A stretch of DNA of 64,000 nucleotides, from the NCBI RefSeq assembly GCF_009914755.1, contig NC_060927.1. One strand, 5' to 3'. The translations under genes were made by a program, and so were the position numbers. The notes below the pieces were generated by a model that did not search any database, had not been told where the DNA came from, and saw only the letters and a list, made by a program, of their open reading frames with translations. The DNA is from the human T2T-CHM13v2.0 reference genome, Homo sapiens. Numbering within the stretch: the stretch's first letter is position 1; each line of letters starts with the position of its first letter. Shown piece by piece: positions 1-14,670 of this stretch.

Positions 1-532
1 GGACCAATCAGCTCTCTGTAAAACAGACCAATCAGCTGTCTGTAAAATGGACCAATTAGCAGTATATGGGTGGGGCCAGATAAGAGAATAAAACGAGGCT
101 GCCCCCGCCAGCAGTGGCAACCTGCTCGGGTCCCCTTCCACACTGTGGAAGCTTTGTTCTTTCGCTCTTTGCAATAAATCTTGCTGCTGCTCACTCTTTG
201 GGTCCATACTGCCTTTATGAGCTGTAACACTCACCGCGAAGGTCTGCAACTTCATTCCTGAAGCCAGCGAGACCACGAACCCATTGGGAGGAACGAACAA
301 CTCCAGACGTGCCGCCTTAAGAGCTGTAACACTCACCACGAAGGTCTGCAGCTTCACTCCTGGGCTTGCGAGACCATGAACCCACCGGAAGGAAGAAACT
401 CCGAACACATCCGAACATCAGAAGGAACAAACTCCGGACACGCTGCCTTTAAGAACTGTGACACTCACCACGAGGGTCCGCGGCTTTATTCTTGAAGTCA
501 GTGAGACCAAGAACCCACCAATTCTGGACATA
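1..532 (+). mobile_element. LTR12 (ERV9) LTR, 3' portion (cut by window start)
   Basis: Repeated GACCAATCAGC (CCAAT) units, GATAAG, AATAAA, tandem U5 units GAGCTGTAACACTCACC.CGAAGGTCTGCA, and an end GACCAAGAACCCACCAATTCTGGACA typical of LTR12. Confidence 0.9.
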
Positions 533-599
533 ATATGATTGAAACAAACTCGCAAGTTGAAGGACAGTAGGGAGAACTGTGGTCACCTGGCTAGACAGC

Positions 600-790
600 A
601 CTCTAGCTGCTACTCAAGGTGAAGCACATTGCTGTCATATGAGATCAGGAGCCTGGTATTACCAGATTTTCCAGTTTTTCAAGAGAAGCTAGAAATCCAG
701 ATTTGTATGTTATTCCAGTGTATAAATGTCGACAGTCAATTCAAACTCCTATAAAATGCTTTATTGGTTTAAAAAAATGAAGCATGGCAG
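600..790 (+). mobile_element. MER103-like hAT/Charlie relic
   Basis: CCAGATTTTCCAGTTTTTCAAGAGAAGCTAGAAATCCAGATTT motif; related copies at ~13640 and ~42290. Confidence 0.5.
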
Positions 791-1623
791 CTTTTACTTT
801 ACAGTCTCTAATCTAATTGCATCTCATTTGAAAAGTGCGAAAATAGAATTACCAAAAGAGTGCTATATGCCCAAGGGTGCACACAACTACCTAATGGCAA
901 AACTGATAAAACTCACATCTCCCAAGTCTGACTCCAGGGACCTCTTATGTCCTTCCCTATGGTGCTTTTTCGCCCTTCACATCTGTTTCTAATCTGCAAC
1001 TAAATGCTGTTATTTTTGTACTCTCCACTCCATTCTCATGGTCATCACACTCACTGGGTTGCAGTTGTATCATAAACTTCTCACTGGAATTTCTGTCAAT
1101 CCGATTCACCTTGGTTTGTTTGCTAAGATCAGACTAACCTTCTTGACATTAACCCTCACACCCCTGCCCTAAATTCTTAAAGAATTCCTTATCACTACTG
1201 CATCAGTGCCAAGTACCCTGGACTGTCATTCAGTCATGTGGCCTCAAGTTGGTTTCCTTTTGCTTTCCTCAGGCCTCTGCGGCTGGCTGGTATCCTGGCT
1301 GCTCCTTGAACAAGCTGGGTCACATTAACTCAGCATTTCCTAAAGTAAGATAAAAACAATAGGAGCGTATAATAAAACAAGAACAAAGAAACATACGTTG
1401 GTTGTGTTCCATGCCAATGCATTCTTCTTAAAGTATATAAAAGATAAAGAGAAAAACTTTAAGAAAAACACATAAAGACAGATGACCTGCAAAATAATGA
1501 TAATTAGACTCATTACCCACAACAGAAGCTAAATAACAATGCAGTCATATTTCGAATGTTTATGGAAAATCTTGAATTTTAGACAAAAGCTGAAGTATTT
1601 CTTCCAAGCCTAGAAGAAAATAC

Positions 1624-1924
1624 TTTTTTTTTTTTTTTTTTTTGAGACGGAGTCTCGCTCATTGCCCATGCTGGAGTGCAGTGGCTTGATCTCGCCTCAC
1701 TGCAAGTTCCGCCTCGGAGTTTCAAGTGATTCTCCTGCCTCAGCCTCCTAAGTAGCTGGGACTACAGGCACGCACCACCATGCCCAGCTAATTTTTGTAT
1801 TTTTAGTAGAGATGGGGTTTCACCATATTGGCCAGGCTGGTCACGAACTCCTGACTTCAAGTGATTGCCCGTCTTGGCCTCCCAAAGTGCTGGGATTACA
1901 GGCATGAGCCACTGCATCCGGCCA
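1624..1924 (-). mobile_element. Alu (AluS-type)
   Basis: Poly-T followed by reverse Alu consensus; flanking AAAATACTTTTT duplication. Confidence 0.95.
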
Positions 1925-1994
1925 AAAAAATACTTTTTAGCCTCACAAAAGTTCAGTGTGCCACTCACAGATCTTCCCTAAAACAATTTTAAAA

Positions 1995-2520
1995 TTATTT
2001 CTATTACAGCAGGACAAATTACCACAAATTTAACATCTTAAAACAACATGTATTTATTATCTCACAGTTTCTTTTGGTCAGGAGTTCAGATGTATCTTAG
2101 CTGGGGTTTCTGCTTCAGGGTTTCTCACAGGCTATAATCAAGGCGATGGGCAAGGTGCATATCATCCAAAGGCTCAGCCAGAAAGTGAGGTCACACAAGT
2201 GTTGGCAGGATTTGGTTTTTCTATGTTTTGAACCGAGAATCTTAGTTCCTTGTTGGCTGCCAGCCATAAGCTACCCTCAGTCCCTTATCACATGGACTTC
2301 TCCATAGGATCACTCACAACATAGCAGTATCCTTCATAAAAGCCAGCAAGGGAGTCTACTAGCTAACCAGAAGTTACTGTCTCTTGCAACCTAGTCATGA
2401 AAATGACAATCCATAACCTTTGGTATGTTCTATTGGTTAGAACCAGACCAGCCCACACTCAACACAAGGGAATTACGTGAGGGCATAAGGACTGGAGGTC
2501 AGCTTAAAGTCAGTCCACCA
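1995..2520 (-). mobile_element. MLT1 (MaLR) LTR
   Basis: ACAAATTACCACAAATTTAACATCTTAAAACAAC...TTTATTATCTCACAGTTTC...GGTCAGGAGTTC signature. Confidence 0.65.
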
Positions 2521-3701
2521 AACCAGAGCAAGAAAAAAACCCAGAAAAAAAGACACGGATTATAAGAAAAATGGTTTTTATGTAATCTGTTTGATATTTG
2601 GTGCCATAGGTGGTTATACTTCTTTTTATAAGTCTCTCTGCACCTCCTAAGCTACTTTTTACTTATTTTTGCCATTATTATGTGAAAAATCACATTATTA
2701 GTGCACTCCAACTTGGATGAGCAAAGCATTAAGGACTTAGGTGTTGTGACAGGTGCTCCTTTCACAGTTCTCACATACTTAGATGGTACTTCAGTGTGTT
2801 TAAATGAGAAAGAAAGGGAATTTATGGCTCAGGGTTACAAAAAGGTACTGAATTGAAATAAGCTTGATGCTCTTAAGGAAAAATGCACAAGGCATATGCA
2901 CGAGAATCAGCACAGGCAACGGCTTCTTCCATGGGAGCGGGGTGGGGAAGAAGGAATGGAAGATTTACTTCCTGTCTGGTCCCACTGAAACTGCAGGAAG
3001 GGAGGCAGTTTTTCCACTGGTGTTTGGCTGGAGTAGGGCAGGTATTGCCAAAAGGCTTTTCTGCTGTTAGGTCATTCTTTTCCCAATCCTCCAGCAATGG
3101 GAATAGGCTTTCTTGGAGCTTTTTGTCTTAGGCCTACTGGCAGCTCCAGTTTGCAGACAACAACTTCTCAAGATGATGTGAAAGGCAATCAAGAAACCTA
3201 AGCAACTCACCATCATGTCATCCTTCAATTTTCAAGGTCCCTAGACCATCTGCCTTATTCTTTCTACATTTTTGAATCTTCCTATGCCTGTTTGTTGTAT
3301 TGTCTCTAAGGTTTTTCGGTTCTAGGATGGAGAACCTGGGAAGAATGGGGCTACCCCATGTTGGCTGGAACATGATCCATATTTTTAACTAAGTGTAACA
3401 AACTAATTTTAAAAGAACACATTTGAGATAATTAAAGGAATTTGAGTGTCAGCTAAGGATAAGATGATAGAGGAATTATTTTTAATTTGATTTAATTTGG
3501 TTTGGTGTGATAATGGTATTGTGATTATATAATGCCTTTAAATACAGATTTTTAAAAATCATTTTTCTTTATTCTTTGGAGATGTTTCCTGAAGTATTTT
3601 AGGTGAAATTACTTGACATCAGGAATTTCCTATAAACTATATCTGCAAAAATGTTTCTAAAAATTAGAACAGGAGAGAGAAAGGGGAAAAAAGAAAACAG
3701 A

Positions 3702-3997
<296 letters not shown>

Positions 3998-4856
3998 GGA
4001 AAAAAGAATGAAAAAAGGGAGAAGACAGATACAACAAGCAAGAAGCAAGTGTGTTGAGACGCTGGTAACTGTTGAATCTGGCTGATGGCTAAATGGGAGT
4101 CATTACACTATTTTTTCTACTTTTGGGTATGGCTAAAAATTGTTATAACAAAAAGTTTTGTTAATTTAAAAATCACTCTAGTAATATTATGAAGAAAAGA
4201 TTGGAAAGGGCAATCTAAGAATTGGGGATACCAGTCAGAGGCAACTTTAGTAAACCCACAAGACGTAATGGTCGTTTTGACTAGGATGATGGCAGCTGAG
4301 AGGGAAAGAAGACAAAAGAGTGAGCAAAAGATCTGGGAATTCATGACAATGGTTTGGGAAAAATATTTGAAGGAGGATTAAGTATCAAGTATGACTGACA
4401 GGTATCTGGTTTGTGTTACCTGTGACAGGAAAGGTGGGAGAAGGTACAATTTTGGTGCAGATAGGTGAGTAGGGGGGAATTTGGCTTTGAATATGAGAAA
4501 CAACCAAGTGGAGTGATTTAGGCAGCATGCAATATAAAATCTTAAGCTTAGGAACAAGGTCTAGATTGGAAGTGGTACAGCATTGGAAGTTGTTACATAA
4601 ATGTTATATGAAACCACAAGAATGGGTAGGAGAGTTTAACATAAAGAGAAAAAAAGGGCTTAGGACAGAGCCCTTGAGAATCTGCAAATCAGAAAAAGGT
4701 AATTTTTCTTAAAAGTGGCCAAGCCACAGGAGAGCCTAGCATCCAGTTCTTAGTTTCTAAATGCCATTTGTTCATCAGTTAATTAATTAGATGTGATTAG
4801 TTAATAAGTAGGGTGTGCCCTTAATCCAATCTGACATACTCTTATAAGAAGAGAAA

Positions 4857-5146
4857 GGCCCAGGCGCGGTGGCTCACACCTGTTATCCTAGCACTTTGAA
4901 AGGTCAAGGCAGGCCGATCACTTGAGGTCAGGAGTTCGAGACCAGCCTGGCCAACATGGCGAAACCCTGTCTCTATTAAAAATACAAAAATCAGCTGGGC
5001 ATGGTAGCACCCACCTGTAATCCCAGCTACTCAGGAGGCTGAGGCAGGAGAATCACTCTAACCCTAGCAGGCGGAGGTTGCAGTGAGCCGAGATCATGCC
5101 ACTGCACTCCAAACTGGGCGACAGAGCAAGACTCTGTCTCAAAAAA
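4857..5146 (+). mobile_element. Alu (AluS-type)
   Basis: Full Alu dimer. Confidence 0.95.
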
Positions 5147-5299
5147 GAGAAAGAGAATATCCACTCATAGGAGAAATCCTGCATAGGCTCTCAGAGCTGG
5201 AACGAGACAGTGAACAGGCATACGAGCCACCAGACACAGAGTGCGATGCCTGGCAGGGAAAATGTTCATTGGCAACATTTAGACAAGTTGATTAAGTGA

Positions 5300-6450
5300 A
5301 TATATGAAGGACTATAAGAGCCAAGTTTCTCACTCGCAGAAAGGGGAATTAAAACAAAGGAAAAAAGACAACTAGAATTAATTCTGTGATGAACAGGAAC
5401 TGGAGATATTGACAATAAACTTATGCATTTCAATAAATATAGATATAGAAATAAACATAGGTGTGTGTGTGTACATACGCATACATCTATTCCTTAGCTT
5501 AGTTTTCTGAGAGACAGCAGGAGTATCTAGTGCCGAGATCTTGTTTCTAAATATTATTCGCTACTAAAAGGAAGCAGAAACTTCCTGGAAAAAATGGCAG
5601 ATTCCAGGGCTGGAGGAAGGAAAGTACAAAATGATCAATTTTTGTGCTGAAAAAGTAATAGAACGTGTCAAAATCACACAGACATCAACTTGCAGGGGTT
5701 CTCATTGGCCAAACTGGAGGAACTCTGAACATTAAAATAAATAATGATATTAAGAAATTATAGTTTATGGAATAAAATAGAAAATATGAACCCTAAGAGA
5801 TATAAGTAAATGAATAAATTGAAAGTTTAATGAAGAGCAAGATATTTACATAGTCTTAAAGAACTCCCAACAAAATACTTCTAAAATTATACAGTGAAAA
5901 AGAGTAACTTTACAGTGAAGAAACCTGGCAGACACCACCTTGATCAAGTAATAAAAGTGAAAATATCAGTAATGGGGGAAGTTAAAATCATGTGCACCTG
6001 ACAGGATGTATTGAGAACACAGCATCACTTCTGTGATATTCCTGCCAATGATGTGTCACCTAAATATAATCATGAGAAAACTTCAGACACATCCATACTG
6101 AAGATTGTTCTTCAAAATAACTGGCTGGTATCTTAGGAAGTATCAAGGTCATGAAACTGGGGAAAAAAACTGAAAAATTTTTCTAGAGTGGAAGAACCCT
6201 GAGAGAAGTAACAATTAAATGCAACACATGATCCTGAAATTGATCCTTTGGTAAAAAAGAACATTATTGGGACAACTGAAATAAAGTCTGAGGTGTAGGT
6301 GAGAGTAACATATTAATGTTGGAAAACACATATTAAAATATCCAGGGAACACAGGGCATTATATTGGTAACTTTCTCTTAAATGGTCCAGAAAAAAAAGT
6401 TCTTTGCACTTGCAACTTAAAGTCTGTTGATTGTTTTAACTTTTTAAAAA
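5300..6450 (+). mobile_element. Old L1M (L1MC/MD-like) 3' region
   Basis: AAACCTGGCAGACACCACCTTGATCAAG, CATCACTTCTGTGATATTCCTGCCA and CATTATTGGGACAACT motifs of mammalian-wide L1 3' UTRs. Confidence 0.65.
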
Positions 6451-7956
6451 ACTTTTTGCATTTGAGGAACACTTCAAAACACAGTATAGTGCAAAATGCC
6501 AGGCTCTAGAAGATACAATACCTATATACAAGGCATTTACAACGGAGCAAAGGATTGAGACATGAACACTTGTATACCTGGTAAATCAAATTGAGCCAAG
6601 GATCAAATTTGACTGAAAAATTTTAACAGAGTTCTTGCCATACCACATTTCACAACATGTATTAAGGAAGGTTAATATTCCTTAAAAAAATTGCCCTGAC
6701 TTGATCCAACTGATTTGCAATACTGAATATATGTATTCTTTATACTTCAATCCAATCCTCTGGTAACTGACTAGGGTGAAACTGAAGGCATGGCCCAACA
6801 AAGTGAATTTATAAGTGAAGAAAATGGAGCTCCAGAGAACAAAAATAAAGAACTCTTTGTTTTACACTCACTATACCTAGTGCCAAAGTAGCATTTATTT
6901 TCCAAAGTAGCAATCATCTCCCACAAAAAACTAATTTATAAAATAGAAGAGGAACCTGGAGTAAATTTGTTACAATGCTTTTCAAGACTCCTCATAAAAC
7001 AACAGAAGAAAATGATCACTAGAGGGCACAGCTGTGTTGCTCTGAGACATGTATACATAAGGAAATTTCTTCAATTTTATATCTAAATGAATATATACCA
7101 TCATTTCACTTTTGAAATACAGTAGATAAGTGAGTTCATTTCCAACAAGGTGGGTGCAAGGCCTTGCCTGATACAGGTGATTTAGTGGCAGGGAAAAAAA
7201 CGCTGTCAGAAAATTAAGACATTCTCTCATCTCCGGATTGCAATGTCATTTATATTTTTTTCTGGTTCTCAGGTCGTATCTATCATTTTGTAGCATTTAA
7301 AATAGGACAATGTGTCTCCCCATGTTTAAGTTGAATTTCATTATGAAGAAGCCTTTTTGCATTGTATATTATGTTAGCCAGCACTGCAGACACCATTCCC
7401 TTGCTGGCTGCTTTCCATTTATTTAAACCTTTGGCTTTTTACTGAGACTTAAATTTGAAATTTTCTTCTTTTAAATAACATCATCAGTAACTCAGAGTGA
7501 TCACTTCTATGCCACTCTTACTGTTGGATAGTGAAGTTGTGAAATCTTAGTGCCTAATATTCTGTAGAATTTTTTCTTTTCAGTTAGGTCTCCTCTTCAA
7601 TCAAGCAATGATGAACAAGATTTTTCTAGGATATTTAGCAGCCTGTGGTATGTGATGTGTGGAAAGTGGGCTGAAAGCCGTTCCGCTGTCAATGCTACAT
7701 ACCCCATGTCCACCCACCTGACACCTCTCTACTCACACTTGCCTACTCTCCCACATACAACTTTCCCTGGTCTTTCTCAAAAATAACTCACCCAAAAACA
7801 CTGGTTAAGCATCTGAGCAATGCAAGGTGGAATAGAAAATGGTAAAAATTTATGCACACATAAGAGCCTTATAATCTAGTTAGAAAGGCAAAGCATAAAA
7901 CTACAAAAATGTTGCTAACACATGGCTGTTTAATGAACAACTAAAATTATGTGTTT

Positions 7957-8247
7957 AGGGGATGCAGTGGCTCATCCCTGTAATCCCAGCACTTTGGGAG
8001 GCCGAGGTGGGAGAATGGTAAACCCAGGAGTTGGAGACCAGCCTGGGCCACATGGCAAAAACATATCTCTACAAAAAAAAAATACAAAAATTAGCCGGGT
8101 GTACTGGTGTGAACCCGTGATCCCAGCTATCCGGAAGGCTGAGACCAGCGGATTCATTGAGCCAGGGAGGACGAGCCTGCTGTGAGCCGTGATAGTGCCA
8201 CTGCAATACAGCCTGGGAGACAGAGTGAAACCCTGTCTTTAAAAAAA
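7957..8247 (+). mobile_element. Alu (AluJ-type)
   Basis: Diverged Alu dimer. Confidence 0.9.
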
Positions 8248-9047
8248 GTTTTAACAGTCTATATTCTAAATTTCCAGAACAGTATCAATATTCTGACTCA
8301 CTGTCACTTCATGTGTTAAAAAAAAAATTTAGCATAGTATTTAACTTCAGTATCTTTGGGGGCTCTGAATAACTGGATTAGAATACAAGTTTTGTCAACT
8401 GTTACGTAAATTCAGATTTCTCATCTGTAAAATGGGAAAAGTAGTGCCTATCACTTAGAGTTAATAAGAAGATTTTATTTTCTAGGATAACATACAGCAA
8501 GTAGTTAGCGATAATGGACAACTACATCATTGTCATATGTCAAAGTATATGTTCAAAAACTTTTATTGGAAAATTGTATTATTGTGGCTACATTTCAGGT
8601 ACCATGCAAAACTCTAGATAAAGATGAATCACACAGCCATTGCCTTCAATGAGCTTACCATCTAATATTAATACTAACATTAGTATTATAAATATGGAAT
8701 AGTATATATATGTCACAAATGTATATAAACATAAAAATACATATCCAGGAGGCTATTCCCAGATTTGTTTTTTACCACTGGGTGCATGAGCAACAAATTA
8801 AGACCATTGACAGGTATATTAACAACTGGTTATTGCACTGTGTTAAAAGATTCTGCTGTCATGGTGTCAATTAAGTGTTATGGGAGCCCAGAGATGCATG
8901 ATACATCTGGACACTCTAAAGTGTAGCTCAGGATTCATCATTCAGGAAAATACAAGAACAAAATTTCAAGCAGATGTAACAAGCATGGGCTTTGGGTAAG
9001 ACAAAGCTGTGCTTAAATACTGACTCTAACACTTTCTATCTGTGTGA

Positions 9048-9049
<2 letters not shown>

Positions 9050-9081
<32 letters not shown>
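9050..9081. repeat. (TG)n microsatellite
   Basis: About 16 perfect GT units. Confidence 0.95.
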
Positions 9082-9084
<3 letters not shown>

Positions 9085-9559
9085 CACTACTACCCACCCC
9101 AGGGCTGCCTGAGGATCTTTTTTTAAAAAAAATTAAGATAATATTCATTAGTTCAGTGCAATTCTCTTGCTGTAGGTCTCTTTTCCCCTTCTTGTCTAAG
9201 GAGGATGCTCCTAACTAGATGTCTCTGTATACACCAGGCCGGCAAAGCACAGAAGGGTAACTGGAGTTCTAAATTCTTTCGTTATCACTGCTCCAAAGTT
9301 GTTTGTGGTTAATGCCTGGATTTCAGCCCCTCATAACCATTCACTTTACATGGGTTTCTGAAACCTGCTGCTTACCTACATGGACTTCTGATCTTCTGTC
9401 TAGCTCTGAACTATTACTATCTATTGTAAACATTTCTTGGTTTTTGTACTCCCATGTCTCCCTAATCCTGCTTCTCCCTGCTACTGGTAGCAGCACTCTC
9501 ATTTCCTTCGGCAACCCATCTATTTTTCATTCAGTCTGTGTGGCTCTGGGACTCCAGCC

Positions 9560-9935
9560 AATCATAAAAATGTGTCTTCCCGGCTAGAGAAATTGGGTCC
9601 AGGATGGAGTACAATGCAAGTCAAAGAGAACCAGGCCCAAGACTTTTATTGGAACTTAGCAGGGCACACTTTCTCTTTCTTCTAGTTTTGGAGCTGAAGT
9701 TGCCAGAGGCCACCATTAAGAAAGCACCTGACTGAGAGTGAAGCCAGTGGAGTAAAGTATAACCAAAAGACAGTAATTTAAAAATAGCTTCCTGAGGACT
9801 TTTTTAAGGGCCTGGATCCACCAATACCTGAAGCCAGTAGATGTCCTAGATTTTTCAGCATATAAGCCAATAATTATTTTTCCATTAAGCCTGGTTTTGG
9901 GCTTCTATCACCTGCAACTGAAAGAGTCCTAATAC
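9560..9935 (+). mobile_element. MLT1 (old MaLR) LTR
   Basis: 3' end CCTGAAGCCAG...TTTTCAGCATATAAGCCAATAA...CACCTGCAACTGAAAGAGTCCTAATA. Confidence 0.6.
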
Positions 9936-10405
9936 CTCTGAAGCGTGTTGGTCAATGCAGTCTTCTAACTTACTTCATTTAATATTGGCTGCCTCTGCCT
10001 CTCTAAACCAAAGTTCCAGCTTTACTGCCATCATCACTGACAACTGAATTTATTACAAAGTACAGAACAAACTCACCTGCTTTCTCAGATCTGTTACATC
10101 TATACTAATCATGTCAATCTACACTGTGCTTACGGATTACTTCTATACTCTGAAGCTTATGGTAAAACCAAAATAAGTTCAATCCATCAATTCCCTACTA
10201 TTTTTGAAGGGCACAGCCTTTAACTACCGCCTCATACAATCTTAATGCTACTACCACTAATAATAATAACAGTAAGAATAATAGCTGAAATTTATCCAAC
10301 ATCTGCTGAGTAACAGGCATTACACCATTAGTGGGTTGTGTTTTGTGGGCTGCAATTATTATTTTTTTTTAAATGGAGTAGGATGGAATAGAATTAAGTA
10401 AATTA

Positions 10406-10796
<391 letters not shown>

Positions 10797-11191
10797 TTAT
10801 ATTGTGTGTCTATGTGTGCATATATGTGATGATTTATAATAGGAACCATATGCCACTTATGGATAAGGAAATTAAGTTTGGAGAAAACAAGTCATATGGG
10901 GAACGTGATAATACCTACCATATAGAATTGTAAGGATTAAATCAGATAATATAATTGTCTGATAGATAACTGAGCATAATGAAAGTTAATATTAAACCAT
11001 TTCAGAAGTTTTTTCATGTAACAATATATTAACAAATTTCTATTTCTTTATATAGTCTTTTACAACAGCATTTTAAATGTCTGCAATGTATTCCTTTGTA
11101 TTTGCAGTTATTTCTTTGCTTGACTGATCTTATACTATGAGACACTTAGGTTCTTTTCATCTTTTAACTACTTACAATAAAAACTAACAGT

Positions 11192-11546
<355 letters not shown>

Positions 11547-12199
11547 TCATAGGATAAATTCGGAGAAGGGGACTAGCTAAGTCCAAGGGCATACATGTTG
11601 TAAACTCAAGTTTAAACCAATTTGCGCTTTACCCCAGCAATTGCTCTATTGCTCTAAGTCTCAAAACTCTGTCAAGAGTTTTGAAAGAACTTAAGAATCC
11701 ATTTGTAGGGCAAGATACTGCTGTCATGGTAAGACCAACAAACAACAAAGCTGGCTTTGTGCAAACCTCATTAAACCATCCCCATGCCTGATCTTCAACT
11801 CCCTCAACCTCATCCCGTCTCCACGCTTGACTCACTCAGCTTTGTGTCTCTCTTAGAGCACTCCTAGTTTCCTCACGTAAATAACTATTGCTGCCACCAT
11901 TGGATATACTCTCTGGAACCCGACAACGTCTATCTCCTGAATGCATAGGAATTGAGCAGAATCTTATTCTATTTCCCAAACACAATCATACTGAGTGCAA
12001 TGATACTGACTGCTTGATTGCTTCAGCAGACTCTGATAGGTATTATTTGTAAACACCCAATACTCTTTTCCATACCTCTTCTTTTAGCAGCATCCCTGTC
12101 CTTTGCCAGTCCTTTCTTTTAAGGAACACCCCCCACCCTCCAGTTCCATGTAATACTAGTGAGTGCCCTTCATCGTAGTAACTCAACCTCTCCCCTAAT

Positions 12200-12630
12200 G
12201 AGTAAAACAAGATCCAATCTGAACCTATAATAGCAGCATATTCTTCTGGACACAGAAATTGGTATAAGGGACAGACATGGTACACAGGAAGGGCCAATCA
12301 GAGTCTCTCTCTGAGCTCAATATACAAATTTTGAGTGAAGAAACTCCGCTCCATTTGGCTACTAAATTATGATTATGACGTATGGTACTGCTTGGACCTA
12401 TCTTCCCCAGATGTCTAGAGAAAGTTGTCTGCTCCAGAAGTAGTCCAATACACCCAGAGGACAGAGATGAGCAGATCAATAAATCTGATGACATCATTGG
12501 CCCTGCATTCAGCAGTGCTTGAAGTCAGCACCAACAGACTTCTGAGTCAAAAAAAACCAAAAAGTTGTTGGCCAAGGACAGTTTGATTGGTTTTCTGCTT
12601 CTAGTGATTAGAAGAGTCCTGACTGACACA
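12200..12630 (+). mobile_element. MLT1 (old MaLR) LTR
   Basis: Ends AGTTTGATTGGTTTTCTG...AGAGTCCTGACTGACACA. Confidence 0.5.
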
Positions 12631-13559
12631 GTTATAAAATGAGCAAAATTAACAATATATATCTTGAGTTCGGAGTAGGGAGGCATACAGTATGGAAATA
12701 TTATATGGTAAATAGGGCAGGAATGGAGTTGAGCTGTAAAATAATATAAATAATAGTAGTTGTAAGAGAATGATGAATGCAAAATAACTCTAAGAAAGAT
12801 ACTCATTTTTAAAGGCAACATAATGAATTTAAATAAAAGAGACAGAGTGTGGAGACTCAGCTATGGTCTCAATCTACCTCTAGACAGCTACAGGTCCTTG
12901 GCCAATTCACATCACCTCTTAAGGACTTCATTTCCTCATCTAAAAATAAGTACACTGAATAGTTTAATTCTAGAATCTCTTATACCTCTAAAATCTAAGT
13001 TAACAGCCCAATAAAGTTATTGTGCTGTAACCTGTGTTTCTAGGAAATGCTATTTTCTGATTGACTTAGGCCTGGTTTACTGTCTGTTGAAGTGAGCAAG
13101 GGTGATATTACACTGCATGTGGAGGTGTAATGAAGCATATTACATTTGCTTTATTTTACTACTGATTTTTTTCTACTCATACTTAACAAGTCCAGGATTC
13201 AAATTTGCCAATTAAAAATATCATCTTTTTAAATCTTTTAGTCCTTAATAAAGACAAAAGAATAATTTTCCATTTTTTATAGTTTTATGTGCATATGGAC
13301 TCTGCAGAGGAATTTCTGAAAAGTAGCTCTTGACCAAGCAGTTATTTCTTAGCCACAATTTACAACATTTTTGCCATATGGAGTCCAGGGTCAGTACTGG
13401 GTAAGCTCAATTGTTACCATATTGAGTTGCATGTGCACAGCGGGTGGGCAAGCTCATAAGCAGGGCCTTAGACAATGATTGCAGACTAACAAGTCTACAG
13501 AGGCCAAAGGGTACCTATGCATGCAAAATGGTCCAAAGAAGTCTGTAGAAACCTGGAAA

Positions 13560-13812
13560 ATGCATGCCTTGTCTGAAGTAGGCAGCTGCTACTCAGCTCC
13601 AGTTTATTCTTGCCATGAGGGAGTGTGTGCTCAGCACTGCCAGAGAGTGTCTGATTCAAGGGAAGCCAGAAATCTATATTTTTTAATGCAAAATCTCCTG
13701 ATTTTTAAAAGATTGGCAACTTATTCAAAGTTTTAAAAGTATTATGTGGACCAACAATGTGTGGTCCTAACGAAACCCATCTGTGATCTACCAGATTGTG
13801 ACCTCTGCTCTA
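13560..13812 (+). mobile_element. MER103-like hAT relic
   Basis: GAAGCCAGAAATCTATATTTTTTAATGCAAAATCTCCTGATTTTTAAAAGATTGGCAAC...GTGACCTCTG. Confidence 0.55.
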
Positions 13813-14349
13813 ATAATTGTTCTAGAAGGGGTCAAACATTCAGAAGGAATGGTGGTAAGTCAAGGTCATTCATGAGCTAGATTAATTTTATGAAATGCTC
13901 AATGACTTCATCATCCATTAAAGTGGGTATTTTGGGACAAACACAGATGCCTTCTAAAATCACTGTGTGGTATTGTAATTGTGTCCTCACTAACCCCTCC
14001 TCTAATGTGTAATAACCATGTGGCTTGGATGGAACTGATTCCAATCCCACCCCACAATAAGAAATGCATTTTATTTCATTACTTGGTGGTGCATTTCTTA
14101 ATGTAGTTTGCATTTGAAAATACTCAAGAAAAAGAGAGCTATAGAATCTATCATGCACATACCATTTCTGAGAAAATCTCAAGTGAATATTACAGTTGAC
14201 TCAGTAATATAAAAAATATGGAACTGAAATGTTACTAAGCAAACTATAGTGATTATATCAGTCAAGGTTCTAGTTTGCAGAAATTAAGTTAATTTAACTT
14301 AAGGTAAATTTGAACAGAAAAATAATCTATTGGGAGTATATTAGGTACT

Positions 14350-14670
14350 ATATTATTTATCTATTGCTGTACAACAAATTCCTGGTGATTTAAAACATCA
14401 TATATTGTCTCACAGTTTACATGGAGGCACAGCCTGCCTCCATATAAGACAGGTCCTCTGTCTTTGGATCTCCTGTACAGCTGCCATCAAGATGTCAGCT
14501 GCGGCTGCAATCATCTTAAAGTTCTTTTAGGTATGAATCTATTTCCAAACTCTTTCAGGTGGTTTCTGGCAGGATTCAGTTCACTGGGGGCCACTGGACC
14601 TCGGGCCTCAATTTCTCATGAGCCATTGACCAGTAGTAGCCTCCCATAGTCCTTTGCTACATGACTCATA
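14350..14670 (-). mobile_element. MLT1 LTR fragment
   Basis: TATCTATTGCTGTACAACAAAT...TCTCACAGTTT...GGCAGGATTCAGTTC. Confidence 0.6.

Noticed and set aside
215-520. Regularly spaced repeats resembling a CRISPR-like array
   Set aside because: These are the ordinary LTR12 U5 tandem units in eukaryotic DNA, with no unique spacers or cas genes.
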